NCBI GenBank assembly: GCA_035275345.1
Contig: DATEMY010000298.1
Coordinates: forward strand, 1,290 to 65,289
Direction of reading: 5' to 3'
Origin: Blastocatellia bacterium
Lineage (GTDB): Bacteria; Acidobacteriota; Blastocatellia; RBC074
DNA: 64,000 nucleotides
Shown here: one piece after another, positions 48,231 through 58,829 of the stretch
Position numbering within the stretch: the first letter of the stretch is position 1
Layout: the number at the start of each line of letters is the position of its first letter
Translations under genes and position numbers: made by a program
Notes under the pieces: model-generated
What the model was told of the DNA's origin: nothing
Databases searched by the model: none
What the model saw: the letters and a program-made list of their open reading frames with translations, nothing else

Positions 48231-50075
48231 ATGTCTCGAGTTGATCAGTCTAAAGACGCGCCGTTGAGGGCGGACATTCGCCGTTTGGGCGATTTACTGG
48301 GCGAAACGCTCAGAAGGCTTGGTGGCGAGCGCCTTTTTGAAATCGAAGAGAATGTCCGCGCGTTTTGCAAACGACTCCGCAGCGAGCATCCTGACAAAGG
48401 GGCGGGGAAGAGGGCGGCCACTACCGAGCGGGAGCTAAGACGGTTGCTTCAACGCCTGAGCCTCGATGAAACAATAGGGGTGATCCGAGCCTTCTCGGTC
48501 TACTTTCAACTCGTCAACATAGCTGAGCAGCGTCACCGCATTCGTCGCAAGCGATTTTACGACCTTCACACTCCTGATCAGCCTCAACGAGGCTCGATTG
48601 CAGAGACGCTGAGAAGTTTGAGGCGCAATTTTTCCGATACGGGCTTGTTACAGGGCGTGATCGATCGTTTGGAGATCGTGCCGGTGATGACCGCGCATCC
48701 GACCGAAGCCGCGCGGCGGACTCTGCTCGAAAAACATCGCCGCATCGCTGAATTGCTCGCCGATTTCGATGATCAAGACCTGGCCCCGCGAAGTCGGGCC
48801 GAATTGCAGTCGCGGCTTGCCGCCGAGGTCGAATCGGTCTGGCAGACTGACGAGGTGCGCCACACACAACCGACTGTGCTCGATGAAGTCAATCATGGAC
48901 TTTATTACTTCGACGCGACCTTGTTCGACGCCGCGCCCGCGCTGCTCGATGAGCTGGAGCGGGGGTTGGAAGAGAATTTTCCCGGAGTCGAATTGCGCGA
49001 CGGCGCGTCGCCGCTGCGGTTCGGATCGTGGATCGGCGGCGACCGCGACGGCAATCCATTCGTCACGCCCGAAATCACCTGGGAGACGCTGAGGCTGCAA
49101 CAGCGCCTGGTCTTGCGAAAATATCGCGACGCCGTGGCCGAGCTGGGCCGCCGTCTGAGCGAATCGTCGCGCTTCGCCCCGCCGACCGGCGAGCTAAGGA
49201 CTTCGCTGACTCGCGACGCAAAACAATTGCCCGGAGTGGCGACGGAGGTCGTCGCGCGAAACGCCGAAGAGCCTTACAGGCAGAAGCTCTCCTACATCTA
49301 CACGAGAATCGAAAACACGCTCCGCCGCAACCGCGCCCTCGCTTCGGCGCTGCGTCTAACCGAACAGCATACGCTGATTTCAATTCGGCCGGGATTGCCT
49401 GTTATCGCCGCGCTCACCGGCTCTGACACTCATCAGGCCAATGTATACCGGGCCGGCGCAGAATTGTGGGAAGATTTAAGGCTCATACGTGACGGCTTAC
49501 TCGCGGGCAAGGCCGTTTACGCGGCGCGCGCGGTCGACCGGTTGATGCGGCAAGTGACGGTGTTCGATCTGCATCTGGCGAAGCTCGACCTGCGACAGCA
49601 CAGCGAGCGTCACACGGCGGCCTTGTCCGAAATCACGCGCGCGCTCGGATTGCGCGATTACGCGCGGATGAGCGAAGAGGAGCGGGTCGAGTGGTTGACG
49701 CGAGAGCTGACCACTCCGCGTCCCCTTGTGGCGACCGATTCGTATTACAGCGCCGAGACGACCGAAACATTGAATGTTTTCCGAGCCGCCCGCCGCGCGC
49801 TCGACGAGATCAGCCCAAACGCGATCGGCGCCTATATCATCAGCATGACGCGTGATGTCAGCGATCTGCTCGCGGCGCTCGCGCTGGCAAAGGAAGCGGG
49901 AATGGTGGAATGCGGAATGCGGAATGCGGAATGCGGATTGACAGCTCCGGACCGTGGAATGCGGAATGCGGAATGCGGATTTGATCAGGGCTCCGCATTC
50001 CGCATTCCGCATTCCGCATTCCGCATTCATCAGCCTCCAATAATTCCCGCCACACCGCATTGCACACAGCGATAG
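48231..50075 (+). pseudogene. ppc: phosphoenolpyruvate carboxylase, C-terminal third missing
   Basis: VMTAHPTEAARRT, GSWIGGDRDGNPFVT and YIISMTRDVSDLLA are present. Homology ends near 49903 (LALAKEAGM), where the heptamer repeat starts. The C-terminal PEPC blocks (FHGRGG, the C-terminal NTG) are absent. Confidence 0.72.
49907..50028. repeat. heptamer-array hairpin (GGAATGC x4, x3, then inverted GCATTCC x5)
   Basis: Direct blocks lie at 49907-49937 and 49956-49979. The inverted block is at 49992-50028. Confidence 0.92.
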
Positions 50076-50272
50076 AGAGTGCCAGAGCGTTCGGGGAACA
50101 CCTGCACACGCGCCCAACCACAGGTATGCTCGGCTTCGATCTCAAATAGCGTGTAATACTGATCGTCGCGAATGGACATCAGCGCGTCGACGATAGACTG
50201 TTCGGCGGTTGTGTTGCGGTCGACCGCCTGAAAAAAATCGATTTCATAATCGTTATCTTCTTCCGTCATCAA
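50030..50272 (-). CDS. small acidic Cys-containing hypothetical protein
   Basis: 80 aa. GGAGGA lies 5 nt upstream of the ATG. The gene is co-oriented with and 33 nt downstream of the M20 peptidase gene. Contains CGW...CVQCG. Confidence 0.45.
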   Translation of the reverse strand: MMTEEDNDYEIDFFQAVDRNTTAEQSIVDALMSIRDDQYYTLFEIEAEHTCGWARVQVFPERSGTLYRCVQCGVAGIIGG

Positions 50273-50305
50273 TCCTCCAATTAATTAATTTGACATCGCG
50301 GGGTT

Positions 50306-51541
50306 TCAAACGATTCCTGTCATGGCCAGCGCCAGCAACAATGCGCGTTTGTATCCGGCCTCCCGTCCCGCCGGATCGTACCATTCACCCAGTCGGTGCG
50401 AATCGCCCGAGACGCCGCCGGCGCCGATGGTAATGGCGGGAATTCCCAGACTGATCGGGATGTTTGAATCGGTCGAGGCCCGGTTGAGAACCGGCGCCAC
50501 GCCCATTGCGCGCGACGCTTCAATGGCGGTGCGAACCAGCAGGCTTTCGCGTGGAGTCTCGCCCGACGGCCGGTTGCCGATCATCGTCAGTTCGGCCAGG
50601 AGTTTATGGCCGGAAGACGCGCGGGCGGCGTTCTCGTCGCGCGTCGCGCGGTCAACAGCCGCGAGCAGGAATTCTTCCAGTCGCGCCAGCTCGAGTTCCG
50701 AAACCGAGCGCAGATCAACGTCCATCGAAGCTGATTGCGGAATGACGTTGACCGACTCCCCGCCTTCGACGCGCCCGATGTTGTATGTCGTGCGCGGGTC
50801 CTGCGGCGCGCGGTAATCGGCCATCTGCGCTATCACGCGACCCATCGCGTGGACCGGATTGACCACGCCGAAATCGCCCCAACTGTGCCCGCCCGGGCCT
50901 TTCAACATCACGCGGTAACGCCGCGACCCCAAAGCCTGATGAGTTATGAACTCAATCGTTGTTCCATCGAAGGAGACAAAGGCCGAGACGCGACCCGCCA
51001 ATCGTCCTTCGCTGAACAGATGCCGCACGCCTCGCAGGTCGCCTTCGCCTTCTTCGCCGACTGTGGCCACGAAGGCTATCGAGCCGCGCAAACCCACCTC
51101 GCCCGCGTTCAGCGTCTGAATCAACCCGACCAGAGCGGCCAGCCCCGCCGCGTCATCGGCTATGCCGGGCGCGCACAGTCGCGAACCGACACGGCGGACT
51201 TTGACATCCGTCCCTTCGGGGAAGACCGTATCCAGGTGGGCCGACATTACCAGGAGCGGCTCTTCGCTCTGGCCGCGGTAAAAACCGATCACGTTTCCCT
51301 CGCTGTCGGTGTGAACGTCGGCCAGCCCCAACTCGGTGAAACGCGCGGCGAAATACAGCCCGCGCCCCCGTTCCTTGAACGGCGGGGCCGGGATTTCGCA
51401 GATGCGAACCAGTTCGGCGGTAAAGCGCGAATGTGATGAATCAATGAAATCGAAGGCGCGCGCGACCCGATCATCGCGCAGTAATTCGGCGATTGTTTCA
51501 GGTCGGCGATGATCAGCAAGGTTGATGATTGAAGCGGGCAT
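50306..51541 (-). CDS. M20-family metallopeptidase
   Basis: 411 aa with metal ligands in [17 protein letters not shown] and [11 protein letters not shown]. Confidence 0.85.
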   Translation of the reverse strand: MPASIINLADHRRPETIAELLRDDRVARAFDFIDSSHSRFTAELVRICEIPAPPFKERGRGLYFAARFTELGLADVHTDSEGNVIGFYRGQSEEPLLVMSAHLDTVFPEGTDVKVRRVGSRLCAPGIADDAAGLAALVGLIQTLNAGEVGLRGSIAFVATVGEEGEGDLRGVRHLFSEGRLAGRVSAFVSFDGTTIEFITHQALGSRRYRVMLKGPGGHSWGDFGVVNPVHAMGRVIAQMADYRAPQDPRTTYNIGRVEGGESVNVIPQSASMDVDLRSVSELELARLEEFLLAAVDRATRDENAARASSGHKLLAELTMIGNRPSGETPRESLLVRTAIEASRAMGVAPVLNRASTDSNIPISLGIPAITIGAGGVSGDSHRLGEWYDPAGREAGYKRALLLALAMTGIV

Positions 51542-51738
51542 CGAGTGTTCCTCGTCAAATCGGTTTCACGACAAGTTGATTGTTCAATCACTCAGGGCAA
51601 ATTGCAAATTCAATCAGAGGTTACCGCCTCTATATTGTACCGGAGGGGGAATCCGCTTTCTTGCGCGCTCATGCATTTTGGTGTAGAAGGTGAGCCGCAA
51701 AACAGCGTAAAGATGGAATGTAGAAAGGAATCGAAGAA

Positions 51739-52317
51739 TTGGAACGTAATTCTGGCGACTCGGGCTGGATCGAAGTCATCACCGGCTCGATGTTCAGCGG
51801 TAAGAGCGAGGAGTTGATTCGCCGTTTGCGCAGGGCGCAGATCGCGAGGCAGAAAGTTCAGATATTCAAGCCCGCAATCGATCTTCGTTATTCGGATCAT
51901 CACATCATTTCGCATTCCGAAATGAAGATCGCGTCGCAGTCGGTCAAGTCGGCCAACGAGATTCTGGCGGCGGTCGAAATTGACACCAACGTAGTGGGTA
52001 TTGATGAAGGACAGTTCTTCGACCAGGACCTGGTCAGAGTCGCGAACATTCTGGCCGATCAGGGCAAACGCGTAATTGTCGCCGGCCTGGATATGGATTA
52101 CCTCGGACGCCCGTTCGAGCCGATGCCTCTGTTGCTGGCCGTCGCCGAAGACATCACCAAGACGCGGGCGATCTGCGTGTGTTGCGGCGGCCCGGCGACT
52201 TATACACAGCGGCTGATCGCGAGTCGCGAACGAGTGGTGGTCGGCGCCGCCGAAGCTTACGAGGCCCGTTGTCGCGGATGCTTCGATCCGCATTTGTCAG
52301 AGAAGGCCGGAGATTGA
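51739..52317 (+). CDS. tdk: thymidine kinase
   Basis: Has P-loop [19 protein letters not shown] and a C-terminal Zn ribbon (CVCCG...CRGC). The start codon is TTG. Confidence 0.92.
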   Translation: MERNSGDSGWIEVITGSMFSGKSEELIRRLRRAQIARQKVQIFKPAIDLRYSDHHIISHSEMKIASQSVKSANEILAAVEIDTNVVGIDEGQFFDQDLVRVANILADQGKRVIVAGLDMDYLGRPFEPMPLLLAVAEDITKTRAICVCCGGPATYTQRLIASRERVVVGAAEAYEARCRGCFDPHLSEKAGD

Positions 52318-52324
52318 AAATAGT

Positions 52325-52424
52325 ATGGGATTATAGGACGTATGGGATGTATGGGACTTATAGGACGTATGGGACTGATCGGTCCCATACGTCCTATAAG
52401 TCCCATACATCCCATACGTCCCAT
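52325..52424. repeat. hairpin with perfect 40-bp stem, TATGGGACT-family 9-nt periodic arms
   Basis: Segment 52336-52375 is the exact reverse complement of 52382-52421. The loop is tgatcg. It lies between tdk and glpX. Confidence 0.95.
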
Positions 52425-52449
52425 TGATTTTCCGCAGGGGGATAGAGCC

Positions 52450-53499
52450 ATGAACACCGGACGTCCGATGGAGCACGATCTGCTCTTCGATTTTCTGCGT
52501 GTCGTCGAGGCCGCCGCGATCGAGGCCGCGCGCACGATGGGAAGGGGTGACCGCAAATATTCCGATCATGTCGCGGTCGAGAAGATGCGCGAAGTGATGG
52601 ACACGATCCCCATGGACGGCACAGTCGTCATCGGCGAGGGCGAACGCGACGAAGCGCCGATGCTCTACATCGGCGAACGTGTGGGGATGGGCGCGAAAAA
52701 CGCTAACGCCCGTGGCTATCCCGAAGTTGACATCGCCGTTGACCCGCTCGAAGGCACGAACCTGTGCGCCACGGGCGCGGCCAACGCGATTGCCGTGCTG
52801 GCCGCGGCCGAGCGCGGAGGATTACTCCACGCCCCTGACATTTATATGAACAAGATCGTCGTCGGCCCTTCGGTCAAAGGCGCCGTGGACATTGACGCTC
52901 CCGTCAAGGAGAATCTTAACGCCATCGCCTCACGGTTGCGACGGAGAGTGGAAGATTTAACGATCATAGTGCTGGACCGTCCCCGCCATAGCAAACTGAT
53001 TCAGGATATTCGTGACGCCGGCGCGCGCATTCGTTTGATCAGCGATGGCGATTTGTCGGCCGGGATCTCGGCGGCCGTAGCCGGGTCGGGCGTTCACGCG
53101 CTGATGGGCATCGGCGGCGGCCCAGAAGGAGTAATCACCGCAGCCGCCATGAAATGTTTGAACGGCGAAATCCAGTCGCGCTTCGTTTTGAAAGAGCAAC
53201 TGGAACAGCCTGAAGACCGCGCGAAGATTCCCGACGGCCTGCTCGAGCGGATGCAGGCTATGGGAATCAGCGATCCGGCGCGCGTTTACCACACCAACGA
53301 TCTGGCCCCGGGCGACAAGATCATCTTCGCCGCATGTGGTGTGACGGACGGCACGCTCCTTCGCGGCGTCAGGTTTTTCGGCGCCGGCAAACGCACGCAG
53401 TCGCTGGTCATGACGACCGAAACGATGCACGTGCGGTTCGTTGACACCGTTCACGTCGAAGGCGGGCCGGATGCTTTTGTGAGGTTTGACAGGATGTAG
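52450..53499 (+). CDS. glpX: class II fructose-1,6-bisphosphatase
   Basis: Motifs [29 protein letters not shown] and AVDPLEGT are present. The start is ATG 52450; the upstream ORF codons are hairpin repeat. Confidence 0.92.
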   Translation: MNTGRPMEHDLLFDFLRVVEAAAIEAARTMGRGDRKYSDHVAVEKMREVMDTIPMDGTVVIGEGERDEAPMLYIGERVGMGAKNANARGYPEVDIAVDPLEGTNLCATGAANAIAVLAAAERGGLLHAPDIYMNKIVVGPSVKGAVDIDAPVKENLNAIASRLRRRVEDLTIIVLDRPRHSKLIQDIRDAGARIRLISDGDLSAGISAAVAGSGVHALMGIGGGPEGVITAAAMKCLNGEIQSRFVLKEQLEQPEDRAKIPDGLLERMQAMGISDPARVYHTNDLAPGDKIIFAACGVTDGTLLRGVRFFGAGKRTQSLVMTTETMHVRFVDTVHVEGGPDAFVRFDRM

Positions 53500-54098
53500 C
53501 CCACAGCAGCGACAACGAAGCCACCGACATCCTGCTCAAGAAGGTCGGGGCGGGGAACGTGACCGCGACCATGCGCTCGATGGGATTGAATAACATCCGC
53601 GTTGACCGCACCACGTTCGAACTGATCCGAGATTACCTTGGTTTCATGGACGAGAACGCGCGCGGCAAGACCTACCATGAGATTATTTCCACGTCGCGAG
53701 CGGCTCCGGCCACGCCGGAAAGACAGGCCGCGGCTGAACGCGAGTTCGCAAAAGTGATGAAGGACGTTTCGTCGCCCCGCGACATGACCCGGTTACTCGA
53801 AAGGATTTACAACGGCGAAGCGGCGAGTAAAGAGTCAGGCCGGATGATGATGACCATTCTGAGCCAGCAAATGTTCAACCAACGATTGCCGCGTTATCTG
53901 CCTGAATCGTCCCGAATGGCGCACAAGACAGGAACCATCGGCTCAACGACCAACGACGCGGGCGTCATGTTCGTCCGCGGAAATCCGATTGCGATCGCCG
54001 TCTTCACGGTTGACAAGCGGATCTCTCGCGGCGAGGTCGAAGAGCTGATGGGACGACTGACGCGCGCGGTTTACGATTTCTTCGACGCCGTCAAATAG
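53499..54098 (+). pseudogene. class-A beta-lactamase-like serine hydrolase lacking its N-terminal third
   Basis: The frame opens at 53490. It begins at the SDN motif ([13 protein letters not shown]) and has KTG (HKTGTIGS). No SxxK region is present, and it abuts or overlaps the glpX stop. Confidence 0.6.
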
Positions 54099-54193
54099 TC
54101 AACGGCGCCGGCCTGACATTTTCACGCGCCTCATTTCCCAGCTCTGAGTGACCGGCGGGAAATTAGCGCGGGAAATTATGGAAAGCGGAGTAA

Positions 54194-54700
54194 ATGAGGA
54201 TCACGGCGAGACGCGATGCGATGATCGTTTACGCGGCCCTGGTGGCGCTGTCCGTTTTTTGGATAGGGTTGATCCTGGCGGCGCCGTGGTTGATGGCGGA
54301 GCGACATTTCCGCGCTTCGGCCTCCATCTATCAGTGGCTCTCGGCCGTGTGCCATCAGTCGCCGGAACGTTCGTATTACTTTCATGGGTACCCGATGGGC
54401 GTCTGTTCGCGTTGCGCGAGCATTTACGCAGGCTCGGTCATTGGTCTGCTGTTCTACCCGTTCCTCCGAGATATTCGAGAGGACGCGTTTCCGCCTCGGT
54501 GGATATTGATCGGCGCCGCCATTCCAATGTTGATTGATTTCACAGGTGGGGTTTTGGGACTGTTCGCGAACACCTTTCTCTCGCGAACCTTGACCGGAAT
54601 TTTATTCGGAGCGATCTCCGCATTTTACATAACGCCGGGTCTCGTCTCGGCGCTCAACGATTGGCGCTCAGGCTTTGCGAAACCGAAGGCGGATTGCTGA
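54194..54700 (+). CDS. DUF2085 membrane protein
   Basis: Contains CHQSPERSYYFHGYPMGVCSRCASIYAG. Confidence 0.8.
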   Translation: MRITARRDAMIVYAALVALSVFWIGLILAAPWLMAERHFRASASIYQWLSAVCHQSPERSYYFHGYPMGVCSRCASIYAGSVIGLLFYPFLRDIREDAFPPRWILIGAAIPMLIDFTGGVLGLFANTFLSRTLTGILFGAISAFYITPGLVSALNDWRSGFAKPKADC

Positions 54701-54760
54701 GGCCGGCGCTTCTACTAACCTCACGATGTAGTAAGAGCAAACCATGGAGGGTGACTGTTT

Positions 54761-55348
54761 ATGAATGAACTCGATTGGAAACAGCCGGCGCTGTTCGGCG
54801 GGTTGATTGCAGGACTTCTCTCGGTGATTCCCGGAGTCCAACTGGCTAATTGCTGTTTTTGCGCCTGGCTGCTGGTCGGAGGCGGCGTCGCTGCGAAGAT
54901 GTTGATCAATCGGACGCCTCGGCCTGTCAAAAGCGGAGAGGGCGCGAAGGTCGGCGCAATGGCCGGACTGATCGCCTCCGGCATTTATCTGGTCATCACC
55001 ATCCTGGTGACTTTGTCGGCTTTTGGAGCGGATTTTCAACGGGATATACTCGAGCGAATTAGAGAATCAGTCAATAATCCTGATTTTCAGGAGACGCTAC
55101 AAAAGCTCATAGAAGCGAGCGTAAATCAGACTCCGGCGCAACGACTCATCTCCTCGCTGCCAGGCTGGATTGTGTTTGCCGTTTTATATGTAGGATTTTC
55201 AACGCTCGGCGGATTACTCGGAGTCGCTTTGTTCGAAAAGCGCAGGGATCAACCCCCGCCACCGCAATATCCTTCAGGTTATCCGCCAAACTACCCGCCG
55301 CAATCAGGCGGTCCGGGCGGAGGTCCGGACGCATGGCCTCAAGCATAA
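54761..55348 (+). CDS. membrane protein with Pro/Gly-rich C-terminal tail
   Basis: 195 aa with about 4 TM segments and the tail PPPPQYPSGYPPNYPPQSGGPGGGP. Confidence 0.5.
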   Translation: MNELDWKQPALFGGLIAGLLSVIPGVQLANCCFCAWLLVGGGVAAKMLINRTPRPVKSGEGAKVGAMAGLIASGIYLVITILVTLSAFGADFQRDILERIRESVNNPDFQETLQKLIEASVNQTPAQRLISSLPGWIVFAVLYVGFSTLGGLLGVALFEKRRDQPPPPQYPSGYPPNYPPQSGGPGGGPDAWPQA

Positions 55349-55538
55349 GCTTGCAACCGAGTTCGATTGAAATGGGAGTATGAGAGGAGCCGCCTCTCAT
55401 ACTCTTTTTGCCATCTCCCAAAAAAGAACTAGCCAGCCCCGGCCTCAGTGAATATAATGCGCGCGGTATTTGGCGCGGATCATTAAAACGCGCCGCTATC
55501 AGTTGCGATGCGAATATCGCATCCTCACAATGGAATGA

Positions 55539-55620
55539 ATAAAAGATAGATCTAAATAGTGTAGATCTATCTAGATCAAGATAGATAAAGTATAGATAAG
55601 TTAAAGATAGACGATAGACT
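55539..55620. promoter_or_regulatory. AT-rich array of GATAGA motifs with embedded palindromes
   Basis: At least 6 GATAGA copies occur in about 80 nt, along with palindromes TAGATCTA and ATCTAGAT. It lies 300 nt upstream of the 55923 gene. Confidence 0.3.
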
Positions 55621-55922
55621 GGCGCGTACGCGCCACAATCTCGCGGCTAGCCTCACGACTACCGTCCGCGTGAATTCCGAATGAAAAAAACTTCGGCGGG
55701 TTAGCCTTCGCGGCGATTGATCGCGAAATTCGGCGCCCGGCGTTTTCCGACCTCGAATATCGTGGCGTATAGATCTGCACGTCAAAGCGTTCAGCCAATG
55801 CGTTCAGGTTGATCTGACCACTGTATCCGAAAGCAGACGCCAACGCCGGATTTAAACTACACACAGACGCTCACGGGGCGTCCGGACTTCTCACTGGTCC
55901 GCAATCTGCTCCAGGATAAAAA

Positions 55923-57230
55923 ATGAAAGCTCTATCTCCCAATTCGCCGATAATTGCGGCGAAGTTCGCTTTGCCTCCATCCTTACAACTCTCACTGTGG
56001 AAGACGAGGATCGAAAATAGCGACGCGCAATCTCTCTGGCGCAGTCTCCACCGTTTGGTTTCGGCTCATCCGCTGGCGCGCACCGCCCTCGGTTTCTCGC
56101 AGTCCTCCGTCCATCAAACTCCTTCGTCGTCGCTCAGCGATTTAACGCAAGACCTTTACCTCCTCCTCCTGCAGAAAGGGCGATTCAATCACTACATTAT
56201 TTCGCAAATGTCGGACGCGGAAATCGAGCGTGAAATCTTCCAGATCGAATTGACCAACCTGTTGATCGGCAATCTGCGCCGCCGCCGCCCCGAAAATTAC
56301 CGGATCGCGCGCAGGGTCAGCGGCGTTCTGGAAAACGACCCGCGGTTTCGCCAATTCAAACATCGTGACGGGCGCATTGCGCGCTACCGCCACGCGGCCG
56401 AGGCCGTCTACGGTCTGAGCGGGTGGGGTGACAATAAAGCGGTCAAAGACAGCGGCGCGTTCAATGATTTGATCAATCACGTTCCGATACGCATGCGCAA
56501 CCAGCGCCGGGTTGGTTGTACAGGCGACACGCAGGTCATCATCAGCAACCATGCGCTGGTTGAATTGCTGGTGGAGATCTTCGAGGCGATAGACTCCCCC
56601 GCGCCGCTGCGCGCGCTTCGGCAGCTCGCGCTTTCGAAATTGCCTGTCTGCGATCCCGAGATGACCGCCATTGAGGATGAGGTCAACGAAGAGTGGCAGG
56701 GAATCAATTACGACTGGATCGCCTCGTCTGAAGCCAGCCCGGAGCAGATTGCCATGATGAGAGAGCAGGAGAAGGAAGCGCGTCGCGTCGCGACGGAATT
56801 TCTGAATCGTCTCAGCCTGTTGGTCCGCTCAAACCCGCAGCGGACCGAGCGGATGTGGCGCGTCTTGTGGCATTGCTTCCTCGATCCGGATGAGCCATCG
56901 CAACTGGAGATCGCTGAAATGGTCGGTCTCTCCGATTCTTCCGTCAGCGATTATCGCCGCAAGATCGAAACAGAATTGCGCAAATTGAATTTCACCACGG
57001 AGCAGGTCAGCGCTTTTGCGGAAGAACTCGATGAGCAATTGCGATGGCGGTTGCCGTTAAATGCGGGACGAGCCTTGGCCTGCCCACAGCCGGGGCAGAC
57101 CAATATTCGTCCCCAATTTTCAGATGGGCAAAATAGCAAAGCTCACGAGTTTGTTTCGGTCGCTCAGGCGATCCGATTGAAAATAGAAAGTTTACCCATC
57201 AGCCTTTGCCTTGAATCCAATCCTTGCTGA
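55923..57230 (+). CDS. hypothetical protein with sigma-70 region-4-like HTH
   Basis: 435 aa. [18 protein letters not shown] is region-2-like and [30 protein letters not shown] is region-4-like, with a long insert between them. Confidence 0.45.
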   Translation: MKALSPNSPIIAAKFALPPSLQLSLWKTRIENSDAQSLWRSLHRLVSAHPLARTALGFSQSSVHQTPSSSLSDLTQDLYLLLLQKGRFNHYIISQMSDAEIEREIFQIELTNLLIGNLRRRRPENYRIARRVSGVLENDPRFRQFKHRDGRIARYRHAAEAVYGLSGWGDNKAVKDSGAFNDLINHVPIRMRNQRRVGCTGDTQVIISNHALVELLVEIFEAIDSPAPLRALRQLALSKLPVCDPEMTAIEDEVNEEWQGINYDWIASSEASPEQIAMMREQEKEARRVATEFLNRLSLLVRSNPQRTERMWRVLWHCFLDPDEPSQLEIAEMVGLSDSSVSDYRRKIETELRKLNFTTEQVSAFAEELDEQLRWRLPLNAGRALACPQPGQTNIRPQFSDGQNSKAHEFVSVAQAIRLKIESLPISLCLESNPC

Positions 57231-57404
57231 AGCTATCATCAGCCTTCCTTGACGCAACAGAAGAGCTTGACGCTCCGTGGCGGCGCTCCATCCGTTCCGG
57301 CCCCGTTGCGCTATTTATCCGAAGTTGCCTAACAATCACCAAAGCGCCAATTGACAATACGGATAGCCTTAAGCCAGACTCAGGTCATAAATCGCGACAT
57401 TCGT

Positions 57405-58652
57405 ATGAAGTTGCTTTATCTCGCTCACCGTATTCCATATCCGCCGAAAAAGGGCGACAAGATTCGCTCATATCATGAGCTTCGGGCGTTACTCGAGCGG
57501 GGCCACGAAGTCCATCTGTTCGCCTTCGCCGACGACCTGAACGATCTGAACTATCAGGTTGATCTGGCGCGGATGTGCGCGTCGGTCGAGATCGTTCCGC
57601 TGCGACGCGCTGGAGCCGGCGCGCGCGCTCTCATCAATCTGGCCTCCCGGCGCAGTCTCTCGCTCGGCTATTTCGGGTCGCGGAAGTTCCGACGGTTGGT
57701 TGATCGCGCGGTCTCCGACCATGATTTCGATGCGGTCTTCGTCTATTCCTCCACGATGGCGCAATATGTCCCGCGCAGGCTGGCTTCGCGCACGGTGGTT
57801 GACCTGGTTGATATTGATTCCGAGAAGTGGAGCGATTACGCCGGCAGAGCCAACCGGTTGATGTCACGGCTCTATTCGATCGAATCGAAAAGGCTGCGCG
57901 AATATGAATACAAGACCGTGACCCGCTTTGCGAACACGATTGTGACGACTCGGCGCGAGGCCGCTCTGCTCGACCGCCTTGACGAATTCACGCGGCGCGC
58001 GCGGCTGCGTGTGATCGCCAATGGCGTGGACCTGGATTATTTTCAGCCTTCGACTCAGCCGCCTGACACGATTTCGCCGCGTCTGGTTTTCATCGGGGCG
58101 ATGGACCATTTCGCCAACGCCGAGGGCGCGCGATATTTCGCCGAGGAGGTCTTTCCGCTTATCCGCTCGCGCGAATCGCGGGCGAAATTCTCGATCATCG
58201 GCGCCAATCCGACCGCCGAAGTGAAAAAACTGGCGCGGCACCCGGGCGTCACCGTCACGGGGTTCGTCCCTGATGTGAGACCGTACCTGCGTGAGGCGAC
58301 GGTCTGCGTCGTCCCGCTGCGGATTGCGCGCGGAGCGCAGAACGGGGTCCTGGAAGCCATGGCCGCCGGCAAGGTCGTCATAGCCTCTCCCGAATCCGTG
58401 GCCGGATTGCGCGTCGTTGATGGCGAGGAATTGATCATCGCCGAAACGCCCGAAAGATTCGCCGACGCGGCGCTCGATGTCATTCGCGACGCAAGCCTGC
58501 GCGAGAGTCTGGAAATTCGAGCGCGCCATCTTGTCGAAGCCGAGCACAACTGGAAGCCACTACTTCAGAAGCTGGTCGAGCTGGTAGAAACCGTCGGAAG
58601 AAATCAGAACAAGCCAGGAAAGTCCGATAGCCGCGCGATCGCGAATAATTGA
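57405..58652 (+). CDS. GT4 glycosyltransferase, PEP-CTERM/EpsH1-associated type
   Basis: MKLLYLAHRIPYPPKKGDKIRSYH is typical of that subfamily as I recall it. A GT-B C-terminal motif, GAQNGVLEAMAAGKVV, is present. Confidence 0.78.
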   Translation: MKLLYLAHRIPYPPKKGDKIRSYHELRALLERGHEVHLFAFADDLNDLNYQVDLARMCASVEIVPLRRAGAGARALINLASRRSLSLGYFGSRKFRRLVDRAVSDHDFDAVFVYSSTMAQYVPRRLASRTVVDLVDIDSEKWSDYAGRANRLMSRLYSIESKRLREYEYKTVTRFANTIVTTRREAALLDRLDEFTRRARLRVIANGVDLDYFQPSTQPPDTISPRLVFIGAMDHFANAEGARYFAEEVFPLIRSRESRAKFSIIGANPTAEVKKLARHPGVTVTGFVPDVRPYLREATVCVVPLRIARGAQNGVLEAMAAGKVVIASPESVAGLRVVDGEELIIAETPERFADAALDVIRDASLRESLEIRARHLVEAEHNWKPLLQKLVELVETVGRNQNKPGKSDSRAIANN

Positions 58653-58829
58653 GGAACGTTATACGCGTCCTGGATTATTCATTGCCGCGCTTCATCGGGT
58701 CGCGTCGCGTTATCTCAGTATTTATCGCGACTCGATAGCCAACATACGCTTCGCTAATAACTTCATCAGTGAGAGATATGGGTACTCGCTCACGGCTGGT
58801 TCTTACTTGTTTTGGAAACGCATGGTTGA

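Noticed and set aside
49907-50028. Possibility that the short tandem repeats here, and at 23209-23263 and 5371-5460, are a CRISPR array.
   Set aside because: The units are only 7-9 nt and directly abut one another with no unique spacers. The arrays are palindromic, and no cas genes are present.
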